Assembly: GCA_031416075.1 (NCBI GenBank)
Contig: JANOSY010000002.1
Span: 9,606-73,605, forward strand
Direction of reading: 5' to 3'
Source: Candidatus Tenderia sp.
Lineage (GTDB): Bacteria > Pseudomonadota > Gammaproteobacteria > Tenderiales > Tenderiaceae
Length of the DNA stretch: 64,000 bases
Position 1 is the stretch's first letter; each line of letters starts with the position of its first letter. Positions 29,261 through 39,451 of the stretch are shown here, in pieces. A model generated the notes under the pieces. It saw only the letters and a program-made list of their open reading frames with translations, was not told the DNA's origin and ran no database searches. The translations under genes were made by a program, and so were the position numbers.

Positions 29261-29473
29261 GGGTGCTGAGTCTGCCGGGGTTGATCCATCCGGGCGGTTT
29301 TGAGGCGGCGGTGCTGACCCGTGACTTTCCGTGGGTGATCGGCCTGACCCTGGCGATGTTCATGATGGCCTACGGCTTTCGTGGCCAGCGCAGTATTGGT
29401 CGCTGGGAAGGGGGCTTTGCTGCCCGCCTTTGGTGGGTATATGGTGTGGCGCTATATCAGTGCAATTGCATAA
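29254..29473 (+). pseudogene. yrbG: 3' remnant of a YrbG-like Ca2+/Na+ antiporter
   Basis: [12 protein letters not shown]...RDFPWVIGLTL...IGRWEG then frameshift to ALL.AFGGYMVW; position just upstream of kdsD matches yrbG; no start or N-terminal part. Confidence 0.7.
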
Positions 29474-29483
29474 GGAGAGGGTG

Positions 29484-29690
29484 ATGGCAGAAGAGCGGTT
29501 TATAGTCACAAACGTCAAATGTGGTGGCTGTGTCAGCAACATTAAGAACGGTCTTGGTCAGATGCCGGGGATTGAGTCTGTGAGTGTTGATCTGGCCACC
29601 AAACAGGTGGTGGTGAATGGCGCGGCGCTGGATCGCGGTGCGATTGCCGCCAAACTGGTGGCGCTGGGTTACCCTGAGGTAAAAGGTTAA
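29484..29690 (+). CDS. Heavy-metal-associated (CopZ-like) domain protein
   Basis: 68 aa, NVKCGGC metal-binding motif, LGYP; RBS AAGGAG. Confidence 0.85.
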   Translation: MAEERFIVTNVKCGGCVSNIKNGLGQMPGIESVSVDLATKQVVVNGAALDRGAIAAKLVALGYPEVKG

Positions 29691-30698
29691 TTGAGATCTG
29701 AACAGAAGACGATGGTATTGGCAGCGGCCGAGCGCGACAAACTGAAGCGCCTGGGGTTGGCAGTCATCGAAACCGAGGCACGTGCGGTTGCGGCATTGGC
29801 GGCGCGTATCGATGAGAGTTTTGTCCACGCCTGCGAATTGATGCTGGCGTGTGAAGGGCGCATTGTGGTGATCGGTATGGGCAAGTCGGGCCACGTTGGT
29901 GGCAAGATTGCCGCCACGTTGGCGAGTACCGGCAGCCCGGCCTTTTTTGTCCACCCCGGTGAGGCCAGCCATGGCGACTTGGGAATGATCATGCCCAAAG
30001 ATGTGGTGATGGCCTTTTCCAACTCAGGGGAAACCGATGAAATTCTGACCATACTGCCGCTGATTAAACGTATTGGCGTGCCGTTGATCACTTTGACGGG
30101 CAACCCTGGCTCCACCCTGGCCCGCGCCGCTGATGTGCACATTGATGTGACTGTGGCGGAAGAGGCGTGTCCGCTGGGACTTGCACCTACCTGCAGCACC
30201 ACGGCGGCCCTGGTGATGGGGGATGCGCTGGCTGTGGCGCTGCTGGAACAGCGCGGTTTTACGGCGGAGGATTTTGCCCGCTCCCACCCCGGGGGTCGTT
30301 TGGGACGGCGGCTGCTGCTGTTGATCCGCGATGTGATGCACAGTGGTGAGGCGTTGCCGCTGGTGACGGCGGAGGTCTCTTTGATCGATGCGCTGATGGC
30401 GATGTCGCGCAAGGGGTTGGGGGTAGTGGCCGTGGTGGATGACCAGCAGACCCTGCTGGGGGTCTTTACCGACGGTGATCTGCGCCGTGCAGTTGACCAG
30501 GGGGTGGATATCTATCACGCCAAAGTGGCGGAGCTGATGACCTGTGGTGGCAAAACCGTGGGGCCGGATGGGCTGGCCGCTGAGGCGCTGCGGCTGATGG
30601 AGACACATAAGATCAATGCCCTGCTGGTGGTGGATGGTGACCAGCGGGTGGTGGGTGCCCTGAATATGCATGACCTGCTGCGTGCCGGTGTGGTTTAG
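29691..30698 (+). CDS. kdsD: Arabinose-5-phosphate isomerase
   Basis: GMGKSGH, HPGEASHGDLG, SHPGGRLG, CBS pair. Confidence 0.95.
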   Translation: MRSEQKTMVLAAAERDKLKRLGLAVIETEARAVAALAARIDESFVHACELMLACEGRIVVIGMGKSGHVGGKIAATLASTGSPAFFVHPGEASHGDLGMIMPKDVVMAFSNSGETDEILTILPLIKRIGVPLITLTGNPGSTLARAADVHIDVTVAEEACPLGLAPTCSTTAALVMGDALAVALLEQRGFTAEDFARSHPGGRLGRRLLLLIRDVMHSGEALPLVTAEVSLIDALMAMSRKGLGVVAVVDDQQTLLGVFTDGDLRRAVDQGVDIYHAKVAELMTCGGKTVGPDGLAAEALRLMETHKINALLVVDGDQRVVGALNMHDLLRAGVV

Positions 30699-30725
30699 CC
30701 CCTTTAGCGATAAAACGGAGTCCCT

Positions 30726-31253
30726 ATGCAAGATATTCTCGCCCGTGCGGCGCGCATTAAACTGCTGATCTTTGATGTGGATGGTGTATTGACCGATGGT
30801 GGGTTGATCATGGACAAGGAGGGTCACGAGTACAAACAGTTCAACTCCCGTGATGGCCATGGCATGAAGATGTTGCAGGAGACGGGGGTTCCGATTGCCA
30901 TCATTACGGGCCGCAGCTCGGCAGTGGTGGAGCACCGGATGAATGGCCTGGGGGTGAAATACCTCTATCAGGGGCAGCATGATAAACGGGTCGCCTTTGC
31001 TCAGCTGCTGGAGCTTCTGGCGCTGCAGGCGGAGCAGGTGAGCTACGTGGGGGATGATGTGGTGGATCTGCCTGTGATGCAGCAGGTGGGGTTGGCGGTG
31101 GCGGTTCAGGATGCCCACGGCCTGGTTAAAAGACATGCCCACTGGCAGACCCCCTCTGCTGGCGGGCGCGGTGCGGCGCGTGATATCTGTGAGCTGATCA
31201 TGGAGGCTCAAGGCACCCTGGCCGGACAGATGGCCAAGTACGTGGCTGAGTGA
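30726..31253 (+). CDS. kdsC: KDO-8-phosphate phosphatase
   Basis: FDVDGVLTDG, RDGHG, VGDDVVD, GGRGAAR. Confidence 0.95.
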   Translation: MQDILARAARIKLLIFDVDGVLTDGGLIMDKEGHEYKQFNSRDGHGMKMLQETGVPIAIITGRSSAVVEHRMNGLGVKYLYQGQHDKRVAFAQLLELLALQAEQVSYVGDDVVDLPVMQQVGLAVAVQDAHGLVKRHAHWQTPSAGGRGAARDICELIMEAQGTLAGQMAKYVAE

Positions 31254-31265
31254 CCTCAATCCTAT

Positions 31266-31880
31266 ATGGCCGTTAGTGTAGGTGGGCATAAACGTTATAT
31301 CAGCATGGTTGTGGTGCTGGTATTGGCGCTGCTGAGCTGGTGGTTCCAGCGTCAGGAGAGTGCCACGGGGGTGGAGCAGCCGCGTGATAGCCATGTGGTT
31401 GACTACTCAATGCGTGATTTTGAGGTGATGGCCATGGATGAGCAGGGGCGTCCCCGCCACCGTCTGCGTGCAGTCTCGATGCAACACTATATGGACGACG
31501 GCAGTTCAACTCTGGAGCAGCCGGAGCTGCTGCTTTATCAGCCTGCTGGCCAGCCTGTTGGCCAGCCCGGTGGTCCGCAGGCCGTGGAGCGTTGGCAGTT
31601 GCGGGCAGAGCAGGCGCATATTGAGAGCAATGGCGCGGAGGCGCTACTGAAGGGTGCGGTCCAGGTGCAGCATATTGATGAAAAAGAGAAGGTGATGCAG
31701 GCGTTACATACACGCGATCTGCGGGTCTACGTCGATCAGCAGCGTGCCGAGTCCGGTGCGGCGGTGGAGATTCGTGAGCGCCATGGCGTTACCCGCGCCC
31801 AAGGGTTGAAGATTGATATTAAGGCGGGGCAGATAGAGCTGCTGGCCGCTGTGCGTGGTGAATATGTTCGGGAGCGGTAA
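31266..31880 (+). CDS. lptC: LPS export protein LptC
   Basis: N-terminal TM plus beta-jellyroll pattern; canonical position kdsC-lptC-lptA. Confidence 0.85.
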   Translation: MAVSVGGHKRYISMVVVLVLALLSWWFQRQESATGVEQPRDSHVVDYSMRDFEVMAMDEQGRPRHRLRAVSMQHYMDDGSSTLEQPELLLYQPAGQPVGQPGGPQAVERWQLRAEQAHIESNGAEALLKGAVQVQHIDEKEKVMQALHTRDLRVYVDQQRAESGAAVEIRERHGVTRAQGLKIDIKAGQIELLAAVRGEYVRER

Positions 31881-31881
31881 T

Positions 31882-32448
31882 ATGGGTAGCATCAAGCGGC
31901 GCATCGGTGTCGCCGGTATGGCGGTGGTACTGCTGGGCATTGGGTTGCCAGCGGGGGCGGAGGGGCCGGCAGCGCCATTGTCGCGGGACGAACCGATCTA
32001 TATAGAGTCCGACAGCCTTAAAATTGACGATGTAAAAGGCCTCAGCACCTATCAGGGCAGTGTGGTCTTTCGGCAGGGGGCGGCCACGCTCACCGCGGAT
32101 ACACTGGTGATACAGACCCGTAACCGTAGTGATGTCGAGACCATTGTTGCCAAAGGTACACCGGCCCGTTTTGAACAGCGCTCACCCGAACCCGATAAAA
32201 GCGCCTCGGGGGAGGCGCTGCGGATTGAGTATGTGGCCCCCAAGTCCCTGGTGATCCTGGATGGACAGGCCCGTTTCCGGCAGGGCGAAAACCAATTTTC
32301 CGGCAACCGTATTGAGTATGAAGCAGAAAAAAAGATCGTGCGTGCCGGCAAGTCGGTATCCCCCAATGGTGAGGGTGGTCGGGTGAATATCGTAATCCAA
32401 CCGCGCCGTACAACTAACAGTCCGGACAGAGATGCCGTTAAGCCATGA
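31882..32448 (+). CDS. lptA: LPS transport periplasmic protein LptA
   Basis: Signal peptide; [31 protein letters not shown]. Confidence 0.9.
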   Translation: MGSIKRRIGVAGMAVVLLGIGLPAGAEGPAAPLSRDEPIYIESDSLKIDDVKGLSTYQGSVVFRQGAATLTADTLVIQTRNRSDVETIVAKGTPARFEQRSPEPDKSASGEALRIEYVAPKSLVILDGQARFRQGENQFSGNRIEYEAEKKIVRAGKSVSPNGEGGRVNIVIQPRRTTNSPDRDAVKP

Positions 32449-33170
32449 GTCGGTTAGGGGCGGAGAACATCTTCAAGGGGTATCGTGGCCGTTCGGTGGT
32501 CAATGGCGTATCGCTGGAGGTCAATAGCGGTGAAGTGGTGGGGCTGCTGGGGCCTAACGGTGCCGGTAAAACTACCAGCTTTTATATGATTGTGGGGTTG
32601 ATTCCCTGTGATACAGGACGACTCTATATCAATGACCGCGATATTACGGCGCTGCCAATGCATGCCCGCGCCCGTCTGGGGATCGGTTACCTGCCGCAGG
32701 AGGCGTCGGTTTTTCGCAAGCTGAGTGTGGTGGATAACATCATGGCGATCCTTCAGACCCAGCGTGGGTTAACTGTCCAGCAGCGTGATGAGATGCTGGA
32801 GGGGTTGTTGGGTGAGCTGCACATCGGCCACATTCGCAGCTCCTTAGGCATGAGTCTCTCCGGCGGGGAGCGGCGGCGTGTGGAGATTGCCCGTGCGTTG
32901 GCGATGAGGCCCGATTTTATTCTGCTGGACGAGCCGTTTGCCGGGGTTGATCCGATTTCGGTGATCGACATTCAGCGCATTATCAGTCAGCTACAGGAGA
33001 AGGGGATTGGTGTGTTGATCACGGATCACAATGTTCGGGAGACGCTGGGGATCTGCCAGCGGGCTTACATTATGAGCGAGGGGCGGGTGATTGCCCAAGG
33101 GACGCCGGACGAGGTTTTGGCTAACGAACAGGTGCGTAATGTTTATCTGGGTGAGCACTTTCGACTCTAA
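32445..33170 (+). CDS. lptB: LPS export ABC ATPase
   Basis: [41 protein letters not shown]. Confidence 0.97.
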   Translation: MSRLGAENIFKGYRGRSVVNGVSLEVNSGEVVGLLGPNGAGKTTSFYMIVGLIPCDTGRLYINDRDITALPMHARARLGIGYLPQEASVFRKLSVVDNIMAILQTQRGLTVQQRDEMLEGLLGELHIGHIRSSLGMSLSGGERRRVEIARALAMRPDFILLDEPFAGVDPISVIDIQRIISQLQEKGIGVLITDHNVRETLGICQRAYIMSEGRVIAQGTPDEVLANEQVRNVYLGEHFRL

Positions 33171-33275
33171 AATTCTAGACTGTATCCTGCCGATAACTAC
33201 GGTAGACTCCGCTTCTTATCCGACGATTGTCCACTTTATGAGTGGGAAATCGCAGTATTGAGATAACGCTGACAC

Positions 33276-34805
33276 ATGAAACAAACACTTCAACTTCGTC
33301 TTGGACAACAGCTGACCATGACGCCACAACTGCAGCAGGCGATCCGCCTGTTGCAGTTGTCGACGCTTGATCTACAGGCCGAGATTCAGGAGGCGCTGGA
33401 GAGCAATCCGCTGCTGGAGGTCAATGAACATGCGGCTCCGGCAGATGGTTCAGATGACCATTGGGAGAATGGTGACATCCAGGAGAGTTCTACCGATTAC
33501 AACTCCGCCAGTGAACATGAGTCGTCGCCAGAGGTGCCCACCACAACGGCCAGCCAGGACTCGGCGGTGGATCTGCAGGCAACTGAAATGCCTGATGAGC
33601 TGCCTGTCGATAGTAACTGGGAAGATGTTTACGATAGCGTCCTGCCCAGTGGCAGCGCCAGCAGCTCGGGTGATGATGACTACCGTGGGTTTGAAAATCA
33701 AGGCGATGGCGGCGAAAGCCTGCAGGAGCATCTGTTATGGCAGATGCGACTCACCCCGTTTAGTGATCTGGATATGCAGATTGCCGAAACAATCATCGAT
33801 TCCATTAACGAGGAGGGGTATCTCAGTAGCACTCTTAAGGATATCTGCTCCAGCTTGATACTGGATGAGGGGATTGAGGTTGAGTTGGATGAGATCGAGG
33901 CGGTATTGCATCGCATCCAGAACTTTGACCCCGTGGGTGTCGGGGCCCGTGATCTGCGGGAGTGTCTGTTGTTACAGTTACAGACGCTGGATCGTGAGAT
34001 GCCGGAGGTTGAGGCGGCCATGGTCCTGGTCAGTGAGCATATCGATCTGCTTGGTGGTCGCGACTATAACCAGATTATGCGAAAGATGAAGCTGAGCCGT
34101 GAGCAGCTGCAGGAGGCAATCCTGGTGATACAGGGGGTCAACCCCCGTCCGGGCAACAGCATCGACACCACCAAGGCGGAATATATCGTCCCCGATGTTT
34201 TTGTAAAAAAGGTCAATGAGACCTGGCGGGTTGAGCTGAATGTGGATGCGATGCCACGCCTGCGTGTGAATGCCCAGTACGCCGGGCTGATTCGCCGGGC
34301 GGATAACAGCAGTGACAATACCTACCTGCGTAATCAGCTGCAGGAGGCGCGCTGGTTTATTAAAAGTCTCTCCAGCCGCAATGAGACACTGCTCAAAGTG
34401 GCCACCGCGATTGTTGAGCGGCAGCGCGGTTTTCTGGAGTTTGGCGAAGAGGCGATGAAGGCACTGGTATTACATGCCATTGCTGAAGAGCTGGGCATGC
34501 ATGAGTCGACCATCTCGCGGGTGACCACTAAAAAATATATGCACACCCCGCGTGGTATTTTTGAGTTGAAATACTTTTTCTCCAGCCATGTCAGCACAGC
34601 CGAGGGGGGCGAGTGCTCCTCCACGGCAATTCGTGCCTTGATCAAAAAACTGGTGGCGGCTGAAAATCAGGTTAAACCACTGAGTGACAGCAAAATTGCC
34701 CAGATTCTGGAGGATGAAGGGATTCACATTGCACGTCGAACAGTTGCCAAGTATCGGGAGGCGCTCTCGATTCCACCCTCTAACGAGCGAAAGCGGCTGG
34801 TATAG
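33276..34805 (+). CDS. rpoN: Sigma-54
   Basis: [23 protein letters not shown], RpoN box [10 protein letters not shown]. Confidence 0.98.
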   Translation: MKQTLQLRLGQQLTMTPQLQQAIRLLQLSTLDLQAEIQEALESNPLLEVNEHAAPADGSDDHWENGDIQESSTDYNSASEHESSPEVPTTTASQDSAVDLQATEMPDELPVDSNWEDVYDSVLPSGSASSSGDDDYRGFENQGDGGESLQEHLLWQMRLTPFSDLDMQIAETIIDSINEEGYLSSTLKDICSSLILDEGIEVELDEIEAVLHRIQNFDPVGVGARDLRECLLLQLQTLDREMPEVEAAMVLVSEHIDLLGGRDYNQIMRKMKLSREQLQEAILVIQGVNPRPGNSIDTTKAEYIVPDVFVKKVNETWRVELNVDAMPRLRVNAQYAGLIRRADNSSDNTYLRNQLQEARWFIKSLSSRNETLLKVATAIVERQRGFLEFGEEAMKALVLHAIAEELGMHESTISRVTTKKYMHTPRGIFELKYFFSSHVSTAEGGECSSTAIRALIKKLVAAENQVKPLSDSKIAQILEDEGIHIARRTVAKYREALSIPPSNERKRLV

Positions 34806-34832
34806 CGCGGTATAGCAGGTAAAAAGAGCAAA

Positions 34833-35315
34833 ATGGAAATCTCAGCATTATTGACCGTCCCGAACATCCATTGTGACGTGGCCGTTAGCAGTAAAAAGCG
34901 TGCGATGGATGTATTGAGTGCGCTGTTGGTGGGTGCGGGGGCGCCCTTGTCAGAGTCGGATATATTTAACGGTCTGATTGCCCGCGAGCGGTTGGGCAGC
35001 ACCGGGTTGGGCCATGGCATTGCCATTCCCCATGGCCGCTTTGGTACGCTGACACAGGCGATAGCCATACTGGTACGGTTTGCAGAGCCGGTGGATTACG
35101 ACGCGGTTGACGGTGAGCCGGTTGATCTGGTGGTGGCGCTGATGGTGCCGGAGCAGTCCACGGAGGAGCATCTGCAGCTGCTGGCGGCCCTGGCAGAGAT
35201 GTTCAGCGACGCCGCCACACGTCGCGAACTGCGCCAGACAACCACACCTGCGGGCCTCTCTGCCGTGGTGGAGAAGTGGTCGTCGGCACACCGTCAGGCA
35301 GGTCAGCAGGCATAG
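34833..35315 (+). CDS. ptsN: PTS EIIA(Ntr)
   Basis: RERLGSTGLGHGIAIPHGR. Confidence 0.92.
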   Translation: MEISALLTVPNIHCDVAVSSKKRAMDVLSALLVGAGAPLSESDIFNGLIARERLGSTGLGHGIAIPHGRFGTLTQAIAILVRFAEPVDYDAVDGEPVDLVVALMVPEQSTEEHLQLLAALAEMFSDAATRRELRQTTTPAGLSAVVEKWSSAHRQAGQQA

Positions 35316-35321
35316 TCGCCT

Positions 35322-35897
35322 ATGGCTCAACAACCCATTTTTGTCCCCCCAGTGGGCGAGGTCGATGAGGTTGCCACGCTCCACGGTACACTGGTTGAGG
35401 TGTTGGGCATGGGGGTGCTGCTGACCGGTAGCAGTGGTTGCGGCAAGAGCGATCTGGCGCTGGGACTGGTGGATCGGGGGCACCGTCTGGTCGCCGATGA
35501 CCAGGTGGCTTTCAGGGTTGTTAACGGTCAGCTGGTGGGGAGTAGCCCGCTAGGCGGGGCTGGTTTTATCGAGATTCATGGCCTGGGGGTGGTAAACTTG
35601 GCGCGCCTTTACGGCGAACAGGTGCTCTGTCAGGCGTTGCCGCTGGGGCTGGTGCTGGCACTTAAAACGGCGGATGATGTGCCACGGGTGCTGGGCGAGC
35701 GCCTCCATTGTCAGCAGCGTGACTGGGCATATTTGGGAGTCAGTGTGAAAGAGGTGCTGTTACCCTGTGGTCGGGGCCGTGATCTGCCACTTTTGGTTGA
35801 GACCACGGTGCGCCTGAGTCGCCACTGGCAGCAGGGACATGATGATGCAGCTGAGTTTGAAGTGAAGTTGAGTGCCTTTTGGGAGGGGCGGCCATGA
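35322..35897 (+). CDS. hprK: Short HPr kinase/phosphorylase (catalytic domain only)
   Basis: LHGTLV, Walker A GSSGCGKS, HRLVADD, IEIHGLG. Confidence 0.85.
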   Translation: MAQQPIFVPPVGEVDEVATLHGTLVEVLGMGVLLTGSSGCGKSDLALGLVDRGHRLVADDQVAFRVVNGQLVGSSPLGGAGFIEIHGLGVVNLARLYGEQVLCQALPLGLVLALKTADDVPRVLGERLHCQQRDWAYLGVSVKEVLLPCGRGRDLPLLVETTVRLSRHWQQGHDDAAEFEVKLSAFWEGRP

Positions 35898-36751
35898 AAC
35901 TGGTGATTGTTAGCGGCCTGTCGGGTTCTGGTAAAAGTGTGGTTTTACACACCCTGGAAGATCTTTCGTTTTACTGCATCGACAACCTGCCGCTGAGCCT
36001 GCTGAAAGAGTTTGCCACCCAGATGGCGCAAGGTGCGCTGGGTGAGTATCAGCGTGCTGCGGTGGGGATTGATGCCCGTAACCTGAATAATGACTTTGGC
36101 AGTTTTGCGGATCTTATATCGCAGATTCGCGGCTTGGGGCTGGCCTGTGAAATCATCTTTTTACAGGCGGATGACAATACACTGATCAAACGGTTTAGCG
36201 AAACACGCCGTAAACACCCACTCACCAAGGCGGGAATATCCCTGGCGGAGGCGATCAAGCAGGAGCGCAAACTGCTGGGGGGGGTATCGATCAACGCCGA
36301 TTGGTGCATCGATAGCAGCAGCACCAACATCCACCAGCTGCGCGACATCATTCGCGCCCAGATGTTGAGTGACAGTAAAAGCCTGACCTTGACCTTCCTC
36401 TCCTTTGGTTTTAAACACGGTATTCCGGTGGATGCGGACTTTGTCTTTGACGTCCGCTGTCTGCCCAATCCCCATTGGGATCCGCAGCTGCGGGCGTTGA
36501 CCGGGATATCCAGGGAGGTACAGCTGTTTCTTGATAAAGAGCCTGATGTGAATGAGATGTATCAGGATATTCAACGTTTTCTGGAGCGCTGGATACCGGC
36601 GTTTCAGGCCGATAACCGCACCTACATGACCGTTGCGATTGGCTGTACCGGCGGTCAGCACCGTTCGGTCTATCTTGCCAAACGGCTGCATGACCACTTC
36701 TCTTCATTTGATTTTGATGTGCTGCTGCGGCATCGAGAGTTATCGCAGTGA
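35894..36751 (+). CDS. rapZ: RNase adapter RapZ
   Basis: SGLSGSGKS, RFSETRRKHPL, SFGFKHG, GCTGGQHRSV. Confidence 0.96.
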   Translation: MKLVIVSGLSGSGKSVVLHTLEDLSFYCIDNLPLSLLKEFATQMAQGALGEYQRAAVGIDARNLNNDFGSFADLISQIRGLGLACEIIFLQADDNTLIKRFSETRRKHPLTKAGISLAEAIKQERKLLGGVSINADWCIDSSSTNIHQLRDIIRAQMLSDSKSLTLTFLSFGFKHGIPVDADFVFDVRCLPNPHWDPQLRALTGISREVQLFLDKEPDVNEMYQDIQRFLERWIPAFQADNRTYMTVAIGCTGGQHRSVYLAKRLHDHFSSFDFDVLLRHRELSQ

Positions 36752-37146
36752 CCACCGGACTGTTGATTATCAGCCACGAGACGGTGGGTGGCTCATTAGC
36801 CGATACCGCATCACTGATGCTGGAGATGTGCCCGATGGCACTGGAGCTGCTGCCGGTTTCGCCTGGTTGTGTTCCGGAGTCGCTTTACGACAAGGCGCTG
36901 GCGGCGGTGCGACGTCTCGAACGGGGCAGTGGTGTGCTGGTATTGACTGATATGTATGGCTCAACGCCCAGCAACGTGGCTAACCGTCTTGCCAGTGAGT
37001 CCAATGTGATGGTGGTTGCCGGATTAAATCTGCCAATGTTGGTGCGGGTGTTTAACTATCCGGATCTGCCGCTGATGGAGTTGGCACATAAGGCGCTCAG
37101 TGGTGGCCGAGACGGTATTTTTATTTGTGAAACGGATAGCCTGTGA
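36748..37146 (+). CDS. PTS EIIA mannose-type component
   Basis: LIISH, LTDMYGSTPSN, AGLNLPML. Confidence 0.9.
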   Translation: MTTGLLIISHETVGGSLADTASLMLEMCPMALELLPVSPGCVPESLYDKALAAVRRLERGSGVLVLTDMYGSTPSNVANRLASESNVMVVAGLNLPMLVRVFNYPDLPLMELAHKALSGGRDGIFICETDSL

Positions 37147-37412
37147 TTAATAGAACGGTGGAAATAGTAAACAAGTTGGGGTTGCATGCCCGTGCCGCCT
37201 CTAAGTTTGTGAAAACGGCATCGGGGTTTGCCAGTGAAATTACCATGTGTAAAGGGAGTCGTAGTGCTAATGGTAAAAGCATTATGGGGGTGATGATGCT
37301 TGCTGCCAGTCGTGGTTCGATGTTGGCGCTGACGGCGGATGGCCCGGATGAAGAGCAGGCGATGGCGGCACTGGAACAGCTGGTAGCGGAGCGTTTTGGA
37401 GAGGCGGAGTAG
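37143..37412 (+). CDS. ptsH: HPr/NPr phosphocarrier
   Basis: NKLGLHARAA (His15), GKSIMGVMML (Ser46). Confidence 0.9.
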   Translation: MINRTVEIVNKLGLHARAASKFVKTASGFASEITMCKGSRSANGKSIMGVMMLAASRGSMLALTADGPDEEQAMAALEQLVAERFGEAE

Positions 37413-37611
37413 TTGAAGTTAAGTTAAGAATGGTTTAATAATGCACAGCTATTGCTGAGCACCTAAGGGGCACACATGGATTATCAGGGATCTGGGTCGT
37501 TGCCACTTTGTAGTAATGCCGTGTTGTGGCTCCATGGCGATTGTGAAGGGGGAGCTATCCCCGCTGCCTGTGAAGTTGGGTTGTTTCTAATCGTGCGTCA
37601 GGGTTAACGGG

Positions 37612-39351
37612 GTGGCGACACTTGGCCTTAAAGGGGTAGGGGTCTCGCGTGGCATTGCCATGGGCCAGGCGCATCTACTGCAACGTAACCAGCCCAGTAC
37701 ACGTGAATACCTGATTGAAGCGCACCTGGTTGAGGCGGAGGTTGACCGTTTTAACCGGGCCCTGGCGGTCGCGCAGCAACATCTGATCACGATACGTGAC
37801 AGAATGCCGCAGAACACACCTGTTGATATCGCCTCTTTTTTTGATACACATCTGCTGATGATGGCGGATAAGGCCATCTCCCAAAAACCTATCGAAGTGA
37901 TTCGTCAACGTGGCTGTAACGCTGAGTGGGCACTGAAGTTGCAGCGCGATGCGCTGGTGGCGGTGTTTGAGGCGATGGACGATCCCTATCTACGCACCCG
38001 TAAGGATGACGTTAACCATGCGGTTAACTGCATTCAGCGGATCCTGCTGAACCAGAGCGAACGTCTGCCCAGTGCCGGTGATGGGCGTCTGGAGGGACGT
38101 ATTGTTATTGCTGATGATCTGGCCCCGGCGGATACGGTCATGCTTCAGCATGAAGGGGTTGTGGCCTTTGTAACCGAGTATGGCGGCCCCACCTCCCATA
38201 CCACGATTTTGGCGCGCAGCTTGGGCATTCCTGCTGTGGTGGGGGTTAAAAATGTGCTGCGTTACCTGGGGCAGGGGGAGCATCTGGTGGTAGATGGCCA
38301 CCATGGTGTGGTGATTGCTGGTGCTGATGAGCGCAGCATCCGCCATTACCGCCATCGCCAGACCCAGGAGCGTCACGATTCGGCCGAACTGAACAAGTTT
38401 AAGGAGCTGCCTGCCGTCAGCCACGATGGTGTGGTGGTTACGCTGCTTGCCAACGTTGAGTTACCTGAGGATATGGTGATGTTGGCGCGGGTGGCGGCAA
38501 AAGGGGTGGGGCTGTACCGCACTGAATATCTCTTCATGAACCGAACTGAGTTGCCTGATGAAGAGGAGCAACTCAGCTCCTATCGTAATATCGTTTTGGC
38601 GCTTAAGGGTGCGCCGTTGACGATCCGCACCCTTGATCTGGGGGTGGACAAAGAGCTGCACTCGGAACGACGTGGCGTCGTGCCGACCATTTCAGCGCTG
38701 GGGTTGCGGGCGATTCGCCTCTGTTTGCGTGACCCCGCGCTCTTCAAACCACAACTGCGGGCAATTTTACGGGTGGCGGCCGAGGGGCCGGTGAGCATGA
38801 TGCTGCCGATGTTGTCGAGTATGCAGGAGCTGCATCAGGCGCTGGAACTGGTCGAGCAGGCCAAGCAGGAGCTGCGTCGCGAGGGCAAATCCTTTGATGC
38901 CAATATTGAGATTGGTGGCATGATCGAGGTGCCTGCGGCGGCGCTCTGTGCCGATGCCTTTGCCAGATATCTCGACTTTTTCTCTATTGGTACCAATGAT
39001 CTGGTGCAGTATACGCTGGCCGCAGACCGTCTTGATAACGCGGTTAACTATCTCTACCAGCCCACCCACCCGGCGGTATTGCGGTTGATCAGCATGGCGA
39101 TCAAAGCGGGGCATAAAGCGGGTATCCCGGTCTCCATGTGTGGGGAGATGGCGGGGGAGCCGCGTTATACCCGGTTGCTGTTAGGGTTGGGATTGCGCCA
39201 TTTCAGCATGCAGCCAGTGATGGTGCCGGAGGTGAAGCGCATTGTGCAGGAGAGTGATGTTGGTGAGCTGGCCAAAAAGGTGCGGGGTGTACTGCAGCTC
39301 CCCTCCATGGTTGAGGTTGAGACGTTGGTAGAGCGCCTGAACAGCCGTTAA
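37612..39351 (+). CDS. ptsI: PTS enzyme I (no GAF domain)
   Basis: GGPTSHTTILAR, GLYRTE, SIGTNDLVQY, MCGEMAG. Confidence 0.93.
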   Translation: MATLGLKGVGVSRGIAMGQAHLLQRNQPSTREYLIEAHLVEAEVDRFNRALAVAQQHLITIRDRMPQNTPVDIASFFDTHLLMMADKAISQKPIEVIRQRGCNAEWALKLQRDALVAVFEAMDDPYLRTRKDDVNHAVNCIQRILLNQSERLPSAGDGRLEGRIVIADDLAPADTVMLQHEGVVAFVTEYGGPTSHTTILARSLGIPAVVGVKNVLRYLGQGEHLVVDGHHGVVIAGADERSIRHYRHRQTQERHDSAELNKFKELPAVSHDGVVVTLLANVELPEDMVMLARVAAKGVGLYRTEYLFMNRTELPDEEEQLSSYRNIVLALKGAPLTIRTLDLGVDKELHSERRGVVPTISALGLRAIRLCLRDPALFKPQLRAILRVAAEGPVSMMLPMLSSMQELHQALELVEQAKQELRREGKSFDANIEIGGMIEVPAAALCADAFARYLDFFSIGTNDLVQYTLAADRLDNAVNYLYQPTHPAVLRLISMAIKAGHKAGIPVSMCGEMAGEPRYTRLLLGLGLRHFSMQPVMVPEVKRIVQESDVGELAKKVRGVLQLPSMVEVETLVERLNSR

Positions 39352-39451
39352 ACAGGTTCGTAAACAATCTTCTGTTTCTTAATTAAGGGGTGGCGCTAAG
39401 CGTCTATTCCCCTTAGAATTCCGGCAACCACTTTGCCTTCTGACGTGATGA

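Noticed and set aside
30024-31394. 456-aa antisense ORF (and similar long antisense ORFs over spoT, rpoN, gldG, hydantoinase)
   Set aside because: Shadow frames of well-supported GC-rich genes with no recognisable motifs
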